In this document: piece by piece, positions 13,287-26,109 of the stretch
Numbering within the stretch: position 1 is the first letter of the stretch
How the letters are laid out: each line of letters begins with the position of its first letter
NCBI GenBank assembly: GCA_964019425.1
Contig: OZ025790.1
Coordinates: 248,001 to 312,000, forward strand
Reading direction: 5' to 3'
Source of the DNA: Flectonema sp. DT1601
Taxonomy: Eukaryota
Length of the DNA: 64,000 bases
Position numbers and translations under genes: made by a program
Notes under the pieces: generated by a model
What the model was told of the DNA's origin: nothing
What the model saw: only the letters and a program-made list of their open reading frames with translations
Databases searched by the model: none

Positions 13287-15026
13287 TCAGAGGAGAACAC
13301 GGTCGATTGGAGTGCTTTCAATTTTATTTTTCATATGACGCTGTGATGATATTGTTTTGGTTTATTTTGTTTGTTTTGAAAACTGACATCACAAAATACA
13401 TACTTCAGGGCTGTTGAATGCCATCGGACGACGTGGAGTACCTGCTCTTGATCCACTACGAGATCTTTCAGATGATTGAGAAGTTGATCGAAGTGATCTA
13501 ATATAAGCAACACAGGGTTTGTTTGGAGATGTACGTGTCGGAGACGCCATTAACTTCTTTCTTGAAGTCACAGTAAGTTTTCTAACAACCCATTCATTTC
13601 CACACTTTGTTGCCCATGAAATACTTGGGGAGTTTGGAGGCTGTCCTCTATGAGGTTTCGTACTCTTTGCAATTTGAGATGAATCGTTTACAAACATCCA
13701 ATGACCACCTGACGTTGTGACTAGCCTTCGAGTTCCTGATGCCCAAACTGGGTTACCACAAACAGCAGACTCTCTATCAAGTTGATGAAAGGTTCCATTC
13801 AGAATTGGTCTCGAGTGACAAGACACATCTAACTGAGAAGGAGCGCTCTGCTTTACTTTAATCTCAGTTTGACCTCTCTCAGTCATTGGAGCTGATCTCG
13901 ATCTTGATTCTGATGTTGCTTGTGGTGAGGAGTACATGTTAGGAGTGTAGTTACCTCCTTTGATCCATTTCAATCCAGCTCCAATTTCTAATCTTGGAGG
14001 TGACATTTCATTTGATGGCGTTCCATTACTCATAACACCATTAGGAGAGACTGCTCCACAAGTAGTAGCTATCGCTTCTGTTGATGGTGCTGTTGCTGTT
14101 TGAGTTTGACTGGTGCTGGCCTGACGTTTACTTTGAACATATTGGATATTTGTCTGTGCGTCTTCTAAGGCAGCTCTTAGATTAGCGATTTCTTGATCTC
14201 TGTTGTGAAGATCACACTCTAACTCTGATACCCTCATGGATGAGGCGATTAGTTTGTTCTCAAGAATAACACCGTCATTAGCCTTCGCTGCCAAGTCTCC
14301 ATTCTCTTCTGTGACTCTATCCAGGTCATCTTGTAGTCGAAGTACCTCGAGGTGAGGATATGATACACGTCTTTTATCTAAATGCATACTTGGTAGGCTT
14401 GGGATTCGGTTCATTGATCCTTCCTCAGGCTCAGTCACCACAACTAAATAGTGAAGCGTTGAAAAGCATTCTTGCCATGCCCAGTGTACTAATCGTCTTT
14501 CGTGATCTTCTTCACGTTCTAAGTTGTGTTGTAATGTCGAAAACGCATTTTGACTATATAAAGTCAACGTGTTTATAGTTCTAGATAAATCTCTTCTGTC
14601 TTTAAGAAGATCTCCCTCGATTGCTTTCAAGTCAGTTACTTCTTTTGAAAGCTCTTTTATTCTGGGCATTAAGTCTACAACTCGGGGGAGGATTAATGGT
14701 GTTCGGTTTTTAGTTTTTACTACTTTTTCATCATATTCATCCCAGTATCCAGCATTGCGTGCATTCATTTCGAATTGTGAAAAGGTTCCTCCGCTGTATC
14801 TTCGTTGAGATGGTTCTGTTTGCCATTCTACAGCGAGAGAGTCTTTTTCACCTAAAGTTACAGCCTGGGTGTGTCTACGCATGCTTAGTCTCACACTACT
14901 ACGAGAAATTAATATTTCATCGTCACCCTCTGTAACAGGTTGGTCTTTATTCGGTGATCCAAAGCTGAAACTCCCAACGTCAGAAGTGGCCACCTTGTCT
15001 GACGATAGCTTTACGTTCTTTACCAT
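13287..15026 (-). CDS. Hypothetical coiled-coil protein (~558 aa), 2 exons: 15026-13404, 13340-13287
   Basis: 545-aa ORF with heptad-like segments runs into GAA|GTATGT at 13403. Acceptor CATCACAG at 13341 gives in-frame tail RHMKNKIESTPIDRVLL* (63-nt intron). Confidence 0.75.
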
Positions 15027-16793
15027 GTTTTTATTTTTATAAGTTTCACCTGTTGTTTTTTTTGTGATTAAAAAAAAAAATAAAATATTTATTTATTTGA
15101 AAAAAAGAAAACATCAGAACAGAAGATTCTATCAATTTTTTTTTTTTTTTTCCCCCATGAAAAAAAACATATTGCGTGATTTGGTTAACTTGTAGGAATA
15201 TTATTAACTCAGATGCACAATTATGACTCGCTTTTAACTTAAAAAACAAAAGAACCAGTTTGTAAAAAAGAGAATTGTAGGATTTTTTTTTTTTTTCGGG
15301 GGATAGGGGTGCAACAAATAGCTTTGAAAAGAGGGGAAAGAAAAAAAGAAACAGCAGTATCAGGGTGTGGAAAGCGGTTTACAAGACCCAGTAAACAGGT
15401 TCAGTGGGGATACGAAGGAATAGCAGATGTATTCTCCCAAGAAGCCCGCAGTACTCAAAAAAAAAAAAGAAAGAAAAAGAAAAAAAAAAAACCGAAGAGA
15501 TGCTTTTTTTTTTTTTTTTTTTTTTTTTTTAATGTTCTTCACGCATATTAAAGTATAATAAGCGCAATGTCTTCCTCTGTTGGAGAGAATGTGACAGATT
15601 CGGTTTTTTTTTTTTTTTTTTCCTCGTTGCATTTAAAAAAAAAAAAAGCGTGGTCTTCCCTTTATTTTTTTTTTTTTTTTTGTGCAGAAGCTTTTCACGC
15701 ACATGACTTAAACTCAACGCCAGTATTAAAAAAAATTAAAAAAAAAAAAAACAAGGGTACGATAAATATCACATTGTGCTTCCCTTGATTGCACTAACAT
15801 TCCCATTTCCCACTCCCGTTCATCAGGCAGGGACAGAAAAGCTATTTTAAAAGGAAAAAACCTTTGCTGATGGCTCATGTGGTAGCGCCTGAAGCCTTTC
15901 CACCCTCATGAACCAGAATTGAATAGGGTATTAACTGTTCGATTTTTGTACGTAAAATACAAATGTATTGTATCATAAACAACAATAACGATAATTTAAC
16001 ATTAGTTTCTAGGTACGGTTGAATGAGGGAGTAACTTTGATACTTGGGAGGGGGTTTTGAAATGTTAGAATATATATTTATGAAGAAATAAATATCCGTA
16101 ATTTCGAATTAACAACTTCAAGGTGTTAACTCAAGAATTAACATCAAGTAAGAAATACTTTTGACCGGAAAGGAAATATTTGTAGTTGTTAATCAAAGAA
16201 AAGGTTTGAGGAAATATAAAAAAAAAAGGGAAATATGAATTTTTTTTTTTTTTTTTGTCTTATAGTGAAGACCAGAAGACGTTGTCGAATCTGGTAATCC
16301 GGGTGAAGAAAGAAAGAAAAAAAATGGGGCTGGAAAAAGAAATTATGAAAAAAACAAAAAAAAAAAAAGTGTTATTATTAAGTACCCATGTAAAGAAAGA
16401 TGATGTTTTTTTTTTTTTTTTTTTTTTTTTACAGTTGGAAGAAAAAAAAAAAAAAAAAGAAAAACTACTTAGATCGAAAGCCGATATTTCTTAACGAACC
16501 ACAGAGCAATAATCTGAATGTGTGATTTTTTTTTTTTTTTTAATTTCCCCTCTATTTGGCTACTGAACCAACTAATGTCCCAACAGTTCGTAGCCACAGT
16601 ACTCCCCTAACAATGCGTACTTAAAGACAGTTAAAGTGAATCGAAAAAAAACGATTTCGATTCATTATCGTGTCACTTAAATTCATTGCTGGAAAGACAG
16701 GATGCTGAAGTCCGTATCAGTATTCCAATTAGTCAAGATTGGCTGTCAGCATTGACACAAGTAGTAGCGACCCTATGAAACCTTTTGATAAGT

Positions 16794-17978
16794 TCAGTCA
16801 CTATCCTTTAGCTGTGGTTCAGGAGTAGTACCTTCCTCAAGAGGAAGGGTTTGCAACCATTCTTTTACTACAGCAGAACAGTCCGTAGTGTTCTGTTTGT
16901 TGGTTTGTGTTTGTGTTTTTTTTTTTTTTTTTTTTTTTTTTTTGCAAAATAAGAAAAAATAACCTAACCATACCTTAATAAAAGGGTGATTCAAGCATTC
17001 ACTAACAGAAGGCCTGTCTTCCATCCGACTGGTTAGACACGAAGAAACAAAATTTTGAAGTTCGTTCGACCGTTGTAGAGATTCCGGGAAATCAATTTGC
17101 TTACATGACGTTATTTCTAATAATAAATTCATGAACCCTCCCCTGCCAAACGGATACTTTCCTAATCCCATTTCTGCCACCAATACTCCCGCAGCCCATA
17201 TGTCTGCCGGTGTACTGTAAGGTTTCGCTTCAATTCTCTCAGGGCTCATGTATTCGGGTGTTCCCGTAAATGTATTCGGACCAACAGTGTTTATGTCTAC
17301 GACAATACCGAAATCACATAGCTTACATTCACCTTGTTTGTTTATTAGTACGTTTGCTGGTTTTAGGTCTCTGTGCATCTGTGCTCTCCCACTACCACTT
17401 ATGTTGTTTGTTTTTAAATGAAGGTGTTGTAGTCCTTGCAGGATTTGACTCATCAGCGAGGAGATAACGTTTTCTGGAATGAGAATGTTGTTATCAAAAC
17501 ATAGTTTTAACACGGTGTCAAGAGCTCCTACATCCATGTACTCTTGTACCAGGAATAGATCTTGCCCTTTTGCAAAGGCGCTGTAGGTACTTACTAAGGA
17601 GTCGTTTTGAACAAATAGATGTTTTATTTCTTTAGTCCAAATTTTTTTTATTGTTTCCGTGTTCGAACACCCAACAATCTTCACAGCGTATAGATTTTTT
17701 GTGTTCTTATCTTGAAATAGTTTTACGGTTCCGGATGTTCCTTTACCCAATTCTTTTATGTAGGAGAGATCTCCTCTTTTAATATTTTCATAGCCTGTCA
17801 AGGCGTGTAGATCTTCCAGTTTTACACCATCTCTTCCAACTGAGATTACTCCTTTTTGATTTCCTAATTTTACTTTTAATTCCATAGTCTCGTTTATATT
17901 ATTCATATTCTTACCAGAGGGCATTGGTGGAGGTGGTGCTGCTTTATACTTCAAACCAGGAGGCTTGAATTTAGCCAT
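16794..17978 (-). CDS. MAP kinase kinase (STE7/MEK family), 2 exons: 17978-16974, 16892-16794 (~367 aa)
   Basis: LGKGTSGTV, YAVK, HRDLKPAN, DFG and GTPEYMSPERI (MAP2K signature); N-terminal KFKPPGLKY resembles a docking motif. The in-frame low-complexity stretch is an 81-nt intron AAG|GTATGG...ACAAACAG (16973-16893). Confidence 0.93.
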   Translation of the reverse strand: MAKFKPPGLKYKAAPPPPMPSGKNMNNINETMELKVKLGNQKGVISVGRDGVKLEDLHALTGYENIKRGDLSYIKELGKGTSGTVKLFQDKNTKNLYAVKIVGCSNTETIKKIWTKEIKHLFVQNDSLVSTYSAFAKGQDLFLVQEYMDVGALDTVLKLCFDNNILIPENVISSLMSQILQGLQHLHLKTNNISGSGRAQMHRDLKPANVLINKQGECKLCDFGIVVDINTVGPNTFTGTPEYMSPERIEAKPYSTPADIWAAGVLVAEMGLGKYPFGRGGFMNLLLEITSCKQIDFPESLQRSNELQNFVSSCLTSRMEDRPSVSECLNHPFIKVWLGYFFLFCKKKKKKKKKTQTQTNKQNTTDCSAVVKEWLQTLPLEEGTTPEPQLKDSD

Positions 17979-18540
17979 TTTTTTTTTATTATTTTTTTTT
18001 TCTTTTTTAACCTACGTTACCATGTAGCTCTGGAAGGAAAAAAAAAAACAGTAATTAACTTTTAGAGATTTTCGCTATTCTAAGAATCTAACTTTTATGT
18101 TACGCTCGCTAATCCATTTTCCATTAGAGCAATCTACCTCCCTCTTTGCGTCTATTCCCTCATCAGTAGTGGTTAAGATGACATCCATAAATAGCACAGC
18201 ATGAGAAAAACCAACGTTGTTATAAAAAACCTGTAGAAGGAAAATAATTAGTAAAAGAAATTTAATTTAAAAAAAACAAAAAAAAACAACAAAAAAAACC
18301 CCACTTCAAGCTCCATAAATATGATGCCTGCAATGTTTGTTTTTTTAACCGGTTTTTATTTTTCTTTTTTTTCTTTTCTTTTTTTTTTTTGCCGATAGGT
18401 GATTCAATCAGCGTGTATACAAGGGTGACATAGCCCTCTCGTTATTTTTTTTTTTTTTTTTACCCCCTCTCTTTCTCATCATGCATCCCTGAATAAGAGA
18501 CACATTAAAAACAGATCGAGGAAAAAGTTCAGCTCACAAT

Positions 18541-18879
18541 CTAGTTGTGAAATGGTCCAAATTTCTTTGATGTCCCGTTGCTGAACCCAACGTTGACACT
18601 TGAGATGTAAGCAGATTGTGTAATTTTAGCCTGTTGGGGATTGCAATTATTATTATTATTTATGCGTCAGTAATCCGAATGATTTTTTGAAGGAAAAAAA
18701 AAACACGAAAAATAACATACCCCATGAAAAGTTGCCGTCGCCGGGGTTACAGTTGCCGCAGTGAGAGCGTGCGGTTTAATTCCTGAAAATTTTGGGCAGT
18801 TAGTCTGCTTTGATGCAGTAGTTTGGTTATACACATCACTGTTGTGTGATTCAGCACCACCCCAATTAAAATCGGCCAT
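18541..18879 (-). CDS. Small hypothetical protein (82 aa), 2 exons: 18879-18721, 18630-18541
   Basis: ATG follows a T-rich tract and TTCAG (18905). Donor GGG|GTATGT at 18720 and acceptor CCAACAG at 18631 (90 nt) give MADFNWGG...TFHG/AKITQSAYISSVNVGFSNGTSKKFGPFHN*. Confidence 0.65.
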
Positions 18880-18986
18880 ATTTGTGTAAAAGGTTGTGTG
18901 TAGTCTGAATTGTGAAATAAAATAAAAAAACAACAACAACAATAACAACAACTACATTATCATCATCATCATCAAAATATAATTAT

Positions 18987-19412
18987 CTACTCCTTTCTAA
19001 ATTCTTCATAAACATCTTCAACAGCACCACTAGTATGCCAAGTAATAGTAACCCAAGGGACATCACCATTATCATTTGATGGGTAGTGTTTCACACCTGG
19101 AGGTACAACACAATAGCTGTCTGTCAGTTGATCATATTTATCATCACCACCAGTCTGGATGAACATCACACCACCACCAACAACTGTCGAGGTATGCTGA
19201 ACACTATTCATATGTCTTTCAACTTTCCCAAGATTGCTACCAGCCCTCAGACCAAATACCCTTACAGTTCCTGTTATCTGTTTCTCGCTACCAGGTAGTT
19301 CTTTACACATCCAATTAGACGAGTTAGTGTCAGTAAGTGATGTTTTCATTTCGTTACAAATGTTTATTAGTTCCTTATCATTTAGTAGAGTCTGCAGCTC
19401 TGTCGGAATCAT
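18987..19412 (-). CDS. Cupin-fold protein (~141 aa)
   Basis: Cupin motif 1-like VERHMNSVQH and motif 2 VVPPGVKHYPSN. ATG at 19412 follows a pyrimidine tract and TTCAACAG acceptor (19424). Confidence 0.75.
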   Translation of the reverse strand: MIPTELQTLLNDKELINICNEMKTSLTDTNSSNWMCKELPGSEKQITGTVRVFGLRAGSNLGKVERHMNSVQHTSTVVGGGVMFIQTGGDDKYDQLTDSYCVVPPGVKHYPSNDNGDVPWVTITWHTSGAVEDVYEEFRKE

Positions 19413-19852
19413 TTTTGGAGATGCTGTTGAAAAAGAATACAATTTTCCTTTTTATACTTCATGGCAGTTGTTGTCACTAAGAACTGTCTTTACGATGTCT
19501 TCACCTGATAAATAATTAACAAGAGTAACATCCACACACAGGTAGTCAAGATTATTACATCAGTATCTATGAGGTGGGGAAAGGGAGAAGGGGAAAAATG
19601 GGGGAAAAAATGCTACAACAAAAAAAATAAAATAAAATAAAATAAAAATAACAACAACAAATAAAAAGACTGGGATATGGAAAAGGGAGACACAAAGCGA
19701 CTATGCCTTATACAAACAATTGCTACATTTCATCGGATCTTGCCAAGAATCATTATTTTTTTTTTTTTTTTTTTTTTTTCAAATATGATTGTCGTTTTTG
19801 CTAAACCGACAAAGAGATTTTTTTTTTGATCTACCGATAATATCCAATTAAA

Positions 19853-19890
19853 TTACATGGCTGCTTCACGAGCTCTACGTGGTGATCCCT

Positions 19891-19921
<31 letters not shown>

Positions 19922-21019
19922 CAAGAATAAAAATTTTTTTTTTATATATTTTCAAAAAAAGAAGTTAATTCATACCTTCTGTGCAGAAGTTCTATTATAC
20001 CTCTCAGACACTTCTTTTAGACGAGCCTGTTGAACTCTCATTTGATCACGTTGGCGTTCCATTTTAATTTCTTCTTCGATCAATTCACGTTCTTCAGGTG
20101 GAATTTCTTTACGTTTGTTCTTTGCTGCGATGCTCTGTTGTTGGAGATTACCAACTTGAGACTGAAGTGATGCAGACGAGTTCTGTACTTGGGATAACTC
20201 TCTCTGAAGGTTTTCAAGTCGAGCTCTGTTTTGCATGAGTTGTTCCTGCGACATCTGAATTTGATTTTTTAACATCGCTTCTTCAGAAGTATCCTTAGTT
20301 TTGAAATACAGTGTTTCCATAGTGTTTGGGTAGATTTGTGCCCAATTAATCCATTCATCAGGGGTGATTCTACCATCTCTGTTAAGATCAGCCTTGTAAA
20401 ATAACTCACCAACAGTATTGCTTGAAAAGTCAAGACCACGTTCATGAAGAGCACGTTCAAAATCTGCATATTCAAGGAATCCCCTATGCTGGAGATCAAG
20501 ATCAGAAAAGACAACTGAAGCCTTTTCTTGTGCTGGAATATTAGGTCTCTCTCCATTAGGACCTCGTGATAGTTGTTGTTGATGTTGTGGAGGATACTGC
20601 TGATGAGATTGATGTTGACTTCTCGGTACTGAATACCCCTGCGGTTGGTGTTGTTGTTGCTGTGAATGTGGTTGTTGCTGATGAACATATCCCCCACCTG
20701 CTATTGTTGGAGGTCTTGGTGGAGGTAAGTCTTGCTGGGTATCAACATGCCATGGAGTTTGTGGTTGAAAAGCATAAACTTGATCATACTCATGGAGTTG
20801 TGTACTACTAATTAAGTCAACCCACTTCAGTAACACATCTTCATAAACTTGTATCCTACTAACAGTGAAATCAGTGTTACCACCCAAGGCTCTTATCTCA
20901 CCACTAAACACCTCCTCAACTCTTCTTGATAATTCCCCAACAGTTGGAACACCTGGAAATGTTAACTCTACATTCACCTTACCCCCCTGTAAGTCCGCAC
21001 AGGCGAGTACCGTAAACAT
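19853..21019 (-). CDS. BILBO1: BILBO1-family protein (BILBO1 N-terminal domain, EF-hand pair, short coiled coil; ~359 aa), 2 exons: 21019-19976, 19888-19853
   Basis: N-terminus (ADLQGGKVNVELTFPGVPTVGELSR...KWVDL...QL...QVYAFQP...WH) matches the trypanosomatid BILBO1 NTD as recalled. EF-hand DLNRDGRITPDE. 87-nt intron AAG|GTATGA...poly-A CAG gives tail GSPRRAREAAM*. Confidence 0.85.
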
Positions 21020-21428
21020 ATTTCGTGTTACTTGTTTGGATCTTCCTACAGTAATATATTTTTAAAAACAATACGTACAAACTATCACAGAGTACAGTGA
21101 AGAGGGTAACTTATTACCACCAACACCGATGTCCATTTGTTGTTGTTGTTATTTTTTTTTTTTTTTCAGAGTGCTGACCTGTTATTGTATAATTACCTTA
21201 ACAAGATTCACAACACGCCAACACAAAATTGCATCTACAGAAATAGAGCATTCCAAATAAGCAATAAGTGTGAGTGGTATAAACCAATACACTAAACGAA
21301 TGGTAATAATCAGCAAAGTAAAGTACAGGTGGAGGAAGAGGTTGGTTTTTGTCATAGCAAAGAAATCTATAAAAAAAAAAAGGGGGGGAAATATATGAAA
21401 TAGGAAACTTCAACGAAGCAGTGGCAAG

Positions 21429-22919
21429 TCAAACACGTGGCAGTGAAAGTGGAAATGTTGGTCCATCTCTTCTTTGAAAATATAACTGAGGTGCCTTGCT
21501 GCTGTTTTCATCAGTTGTGTAGGTTAGTTCCATGATAGAAGCGAAACTATCAAGTGAGATGTAAGTAAGGTCTGCTGTTAGATCATCTGAAGGATCAGCA
21601 ACATGTTGTTGTTCTGATTGATGAACATCATTAGTGACATCATCAACACACTCATCGTCATCATCATCTTGTGAGGGATCGTCTGAATCGTATTGAGAAC
21701 GGTCACATCCTTCTTCAGTGTCAGTTTTGTTTCGTTTTTTAACCTTTGTCCTTCGATTCTTGACTGTCAGACTCATGTTATTTATTTCATCTCCTTCGTC
21801 ATCAGCAGTACGTCTGCTAGCTCTACGAATATGATGTTTTCCATCAGCTTGCATGTGATGGTCATTAGTGGAAGTATCGTCTTCGTGATCGTCATTGGCT
21901 TCACTGTGTCTGTGGCGATTTTTCTTTTGAGATTTTTTCTTTTTTTGTTTTCGATGTTGTTTTACAATGTGATCATCTTCGTGTTCAAGTTGATGAGGCT
22001 CATCAGCTTGTTTTTGATCATCTCCATCACCATCTGTGTCAACTGTAGCGACAGATTGCGTTACATTTGAACTTCCTTTTTCAGAAATTGGAGATGAAGA
22101 AGCAGAGTACTCTTCTTCTGATGTGTATGAGACGGGTGGTGCTTTTACAGTGTCGGTTGTAAGTTTTTGACCATGCTGTAGTAGCAACTCATCAATCATG
22201 TCATCACTCATTGATGAGGTGTTTACTTGTTTTCGAAGACTGTCTTTCGTAATTCCCCACACCGTAGATGACACCTCCTGACCATATAAATAAAATATTT
22301 TTTCTAACTCTTCAAGGGACTCTCTTGTGTACATTCGTCTCCAATCTTTAACTTCATCTTTTGCTTCTTTTTTTCCAACTTTTTTCGGATCTGGCATTGA
22401 CCATTTTGCTACAGCTGCTTTTATAACTTGAACACTTGCTGTTGGATAAAGACATCGAAGCATTTCCATGAAATCGACTGTTCCAGATCTATCCTTGTCC
22501 ATCTTTTTAAATAGCGTTCTGTCTATGATGAGATCTTTACGACCTACGATTTCCGGTATTCGTGAAACTTCCCTCATGTTGAGATCACCTCCACCGTCGA
22601 CGTCGAGGTCAATGAAAGCCTGTTTTAGATGTTCGTATTCCTCTTCAGAGAATGGTGGTTTGTTTTTGTCTTCTACTGTTTTTGGAGCTTCCGGAATCTC
22701 AATTCTCGTTGGTGCCAACACTTCTTTCGGTGTCGCATTTGTAGTTAATTTCGTCAATATTTGTTTTTTGGGTACAGTTCTCACCCTCGGTAATTTCTTC
22801 ATTCCAACATTAGGTCTTTTCACAATTGGTGGAGGCTTTCCTCCCGCTAGTCGAAGTGTTCGAACTCGCTGTTTGATCTCAGCTAAGACATCAAATGTGG
22901 GATCAGATTTAAATTTCAT
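21429..22919 (-). CDS. EF-hand calcium-binding protein with long charged disordered C-terminal region (~496 aa)
   Basis: EF loops DVDGGGDLNMRE and DKDRSGTVDFME; first ATG at 22919. Confidence 0.8.
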   Translation of the reverse strand: MKFKSDPTFDVLAEIKQRVRTLRLAGGKPPPIVKRPNVGMKKLPRVRTVPKKQILTKLTTNATPKEVLAPTRIEIPEAPKTVEDKNKPPFSEEEYEHLKQAFIDLDVDGGGDLNMREVSRIPEIVGRKDLIIDRTLFKKMDKDRSGTVDFMEMLRCLYPTASVQVIKAAVAKWSMPDPKKVGKKEAKDEVKDWRRMYTRESLEELEKIFYLYGQEVSSTVWGITKDSLRKQVNTSSMSDDMIDELLLQHGQKLTTDTVKAPPVSYTSEEEYSASSSPISEKGSSNVTQSVATVDTDGDGDDQKQADEPHQLEHEDDHIVKQHRKQKKKKSQKKNRHRHSEANDDHEDDTSTNDHHMQADGKHHIRRASRRTADDEGDEINNMSLTVKNRRTKVKKRNKTDTEEGCDRSQYDSDDPSQDDDDDECVDDVTNDVHQSEQQHVADPSDDLTADLTYISLDSFASIMELTYTTDENSSKAPQLYFQRRDGPTFPLSLPRV

Positions 22920-23964
22920 AATTAGTGTCACTCCAAACAGAAAGTACAACTACCCCCAAGAAAACACTTGTTTTCTTGGTTTTAAAATATGAAAAAAAAA
23001 AGTTTTTTTTGATCTCGTTCAATAATTCCTGTTGAGAAGATGAATTATAATGTGGAGCTGCTGCTGGTCAGTAATCAGAAAAGAGAAATCCCTTTACGAA
23101 ACACACACAAAAACGCTATTGCTTTGCTGTCGCAGTCGCATACGTGAATTTATATTCCTGCGTGAAATAAATAAATATCAACCCCTACTTGAATACCCTC
23201 CGTTCTCAATTTTTTTTTTTAATAATAGTTCGCATAGCTGGTTGACTTTTCGGTTGTGTAGAGAGAGAAGTTTTATTTAAAAAAAAAAGAAGAAAAAAAA
23301 AAGAAAAGGGGAAAGGAATATAGTGTTGTAATGAGAAAAAGAAAAAGAAAAAGAAAATATGTTCGTCTCTCGGATGACTTTCGTCATAGACGTAAAAAAA
23401 TGTTATCAATTACTTAATAAAAATGAAATATAATTTAATTTCTGTTTTTTTTTTTTAAACTTTTTGTTTTTTTTTTTCCCCCTTTTCGTGTAATAGCGAG
23501 ATATAAAAAAAAAAAGAGGTTTCGCTACAGCAGCATTCGTCTCACTTCCTCGTTGAACTCAAAACAATCCGGACAGTTGCTGCAATCTTCACTACTAAGA
23601 TTTAATATTTTTTTGTACTGACAACTTTAAAAAAAAAAAACGAAAAAAAAAGGGGGAGAAATAAAAATTTTAAGGTATATGTGCAATAGTTTGCGAAAAA
23701 GAGACTAGTGAAAAACAAAGCGTGAAAACACCTGTGTTAGATATATAAACAAAATAGGTAGGGTTCGGAGGGGATGGGAGAGAGAAAACAGTAATAAACA
23801 GTTACTAACTGGGAAATGATAACAAGATTATTTTTTAAATAATAAGAAGAATTATTACCCGACAACCTGTAGCTGGAATGCAAGGCCGTCACAGTAAGAT
23901 TGATAAGAAATATATTTAACGGGAAACTAAATGAGATGAATAATGTAATTATAAAAACAGCCAA

Positions 23965-26109
23965 CTACTCTCCAGGAGGAGCTCCAATAGCACCAGCTTG
24001 AGTAGCTTTCAGAGTCTTTGCTCTCTTGATCTCCTCTCTCTCAGCAGCGATCTTAACTTCCTCTTGCTTCGACAAGTGAGCCTTGTACTCCACCATTTTA
24101 GTTCTCCTTGAGAGTACTTCCTCGTTGTTCTCATCGACTGGGTGTTGGAACTGATGACCAGCCGCGTCCAGAGCCTCCTCTGACTCCTTGAAGTCATCCA
24201 TCGCCTTCGCCTGCTTCTCTTTCAGCAGTCCCAACTCCTCCTCAACTGCGTGTCTCAGATTGTACAATTCCTTCTTCTGGTCAGAGTGCTTCTTTGCGTT
24301 AGGATCGAAGGTCTCAATACAGAACTCCAACTGAATGTGAGTACTTCTGATAGTTCTGTCGATCTCTTCTAATCTCTTCTCCTTCTTGTAGATTAAAGAT
24401 CCGAGAGTCAGGTAAAGCATTCTGAAGTACTCCAAGTGCTCTTTGTGAACTCTGATTCTTAATTCAGATAGTTCTTGGTTTGTCTTATCATAACGAGCCT
24501 TTACTGCACTGCATCCTTCTGATACCAGTTCTTCGATCAGACCCGTGCACTTGATCGCCAAGTCGCAGTTGTACACCGTCAGCTCCAACAGCTTCTTGTG
24601 CTGAGATGCGACTTCCAGGAACTGCGCGTACTCCACTCTCCTCTTCTCTTCCCGGTCGTTCTCTTCGATCCTCCTCTTCACTTCTTCGAATCGTTCCGTA
24701 CCGAGCTTCTGAAGTTGCCTTTCCAGGTCCTGAATCTTCCTCCAACATTCCTCTTGCTTCTCGAGGTTCTCCTTCACGAATCGTTCACTCTTGTCCTGTT
24801 TTGGTTTTTTTTTTTTTTGGGTGTTCGCTTTTCTACCCCCCCGCCGAAAACATATCAAAGAAACCAAATAAACAAGCAAACAAACCTTCATGGCAGCAAA
24901 CCGCTTCATCGCCTCCGCATCCTCCAAGTCAGCCTTTTGGATGGCATCGTGGATGTGTTTCAAGTCAGTCTCACATCTCTGCTTCAGACGACGTTTCGCG
25001 TCCTTCATCTGAGTAGTTTCTTGGTTTGCCTTCTTCTGAACTTCGTAAATCTATTTGTTGATTCGATTTGGTTAGAAAAGTTGGAAACTAACTCCGACCG
25101 AGAAAAGAGAGAGGAAGAGGAGGGAAAGGAGGAACAACAACAAGACGAAGAGTGAAAGCAATACTAAATACACAATTACATACCTTCTTGAAGGGAGCGT
25201 TCTCGTCTTCTGTCTTCTGAATGAGTCTGAACTTGTCTTTGATCAACTCAATCAACCTTTCCTGCAGTTGGATCTTCGTCCAAAACTGTTCCTCAGCGAC
25301 CTGCATTTCACCGTCGCTCATCGCAACGTTTTGGATTTCATTCACGCGGTCCAGTTGGGCAACTTGTGTGGCAACCTGTTTTCAGATGAGTTAGACAGAG
25401 GGAAGGAGAAGATGTGGAATCGATACGAAGCCTTTCGATGGTCAGAATGGTGTGATGTGGAGCTCACGAATTGGATGAGCTCGTTATCTTATCAAAAGCA
25501 GACCACGAGAGGAGTAAATAAAATAAAAATAAAAATAAAAATATAACAAACCTGTTCATTAGTTGAAGTCAAGGCAGCCTGAATCTGAGTCACGTTCATA
25601 ATGTCTTCCATCTGCTTCAGGGTCGTCGCAGGAACCTGTGCCAACTGCGTCGCATCCAACTGTGACCTCCTCAACTCTTCCTCAACCTTCTCAACCTTCG
25701 TAATGGCGTTGTCAATTACTCCAGTGAAGGATACGATTCTCGTCTTGTTTCGGTTGTTCTTCAGCTCAGCGAGTTGTTTTCTCAAACCAATCACATCCAT
25801 GAACTGTGGCTTATCTTCAGGTTTGTACAACTCTCGCTGTGACATCTCCAAACCGCACACTCTCATCAACTTCGCGAGGTCGTAGGCCTCAGTGAGATTC
25901 CACTTTGTACCAACTTCAACAGCTGTTAGTAACTCGTGTGCCTTCTCGTGAGCTCCCGACAGTTTTTGACGTTGGTTTTCACTCCAATCGGATACGTGGA
26001 GTTCCTGAATGAATTCCTCATTCTCAAGACAAGCAGTCTTCAGTTTTAAGTTGTGGATCTTCTGCTTTCTTGCGGCCTCGAGAGTAACTTCTCCAGTTGG
26101 GTCAGCCAT
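23965..26109 (-). CDS. PFR1: Paraflagellar rod protein 1, copy A (581 aa); exons 26109-25552, 25375-25184, 25050-24886, 24795-23965
   Basis: LEAARKQKIHNLKLKTACLENEE, KQRCETDLKHIHDAIQKADLED and EYFRMLYLTLGSLIYKKEKR are PFR1-type. Three GT-AG phase-0 introns (176, 133, 90 nt) restore a continuous PFR frame; CTAAC branch motifs occur in introns 1-2. Confidence 0.96.
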
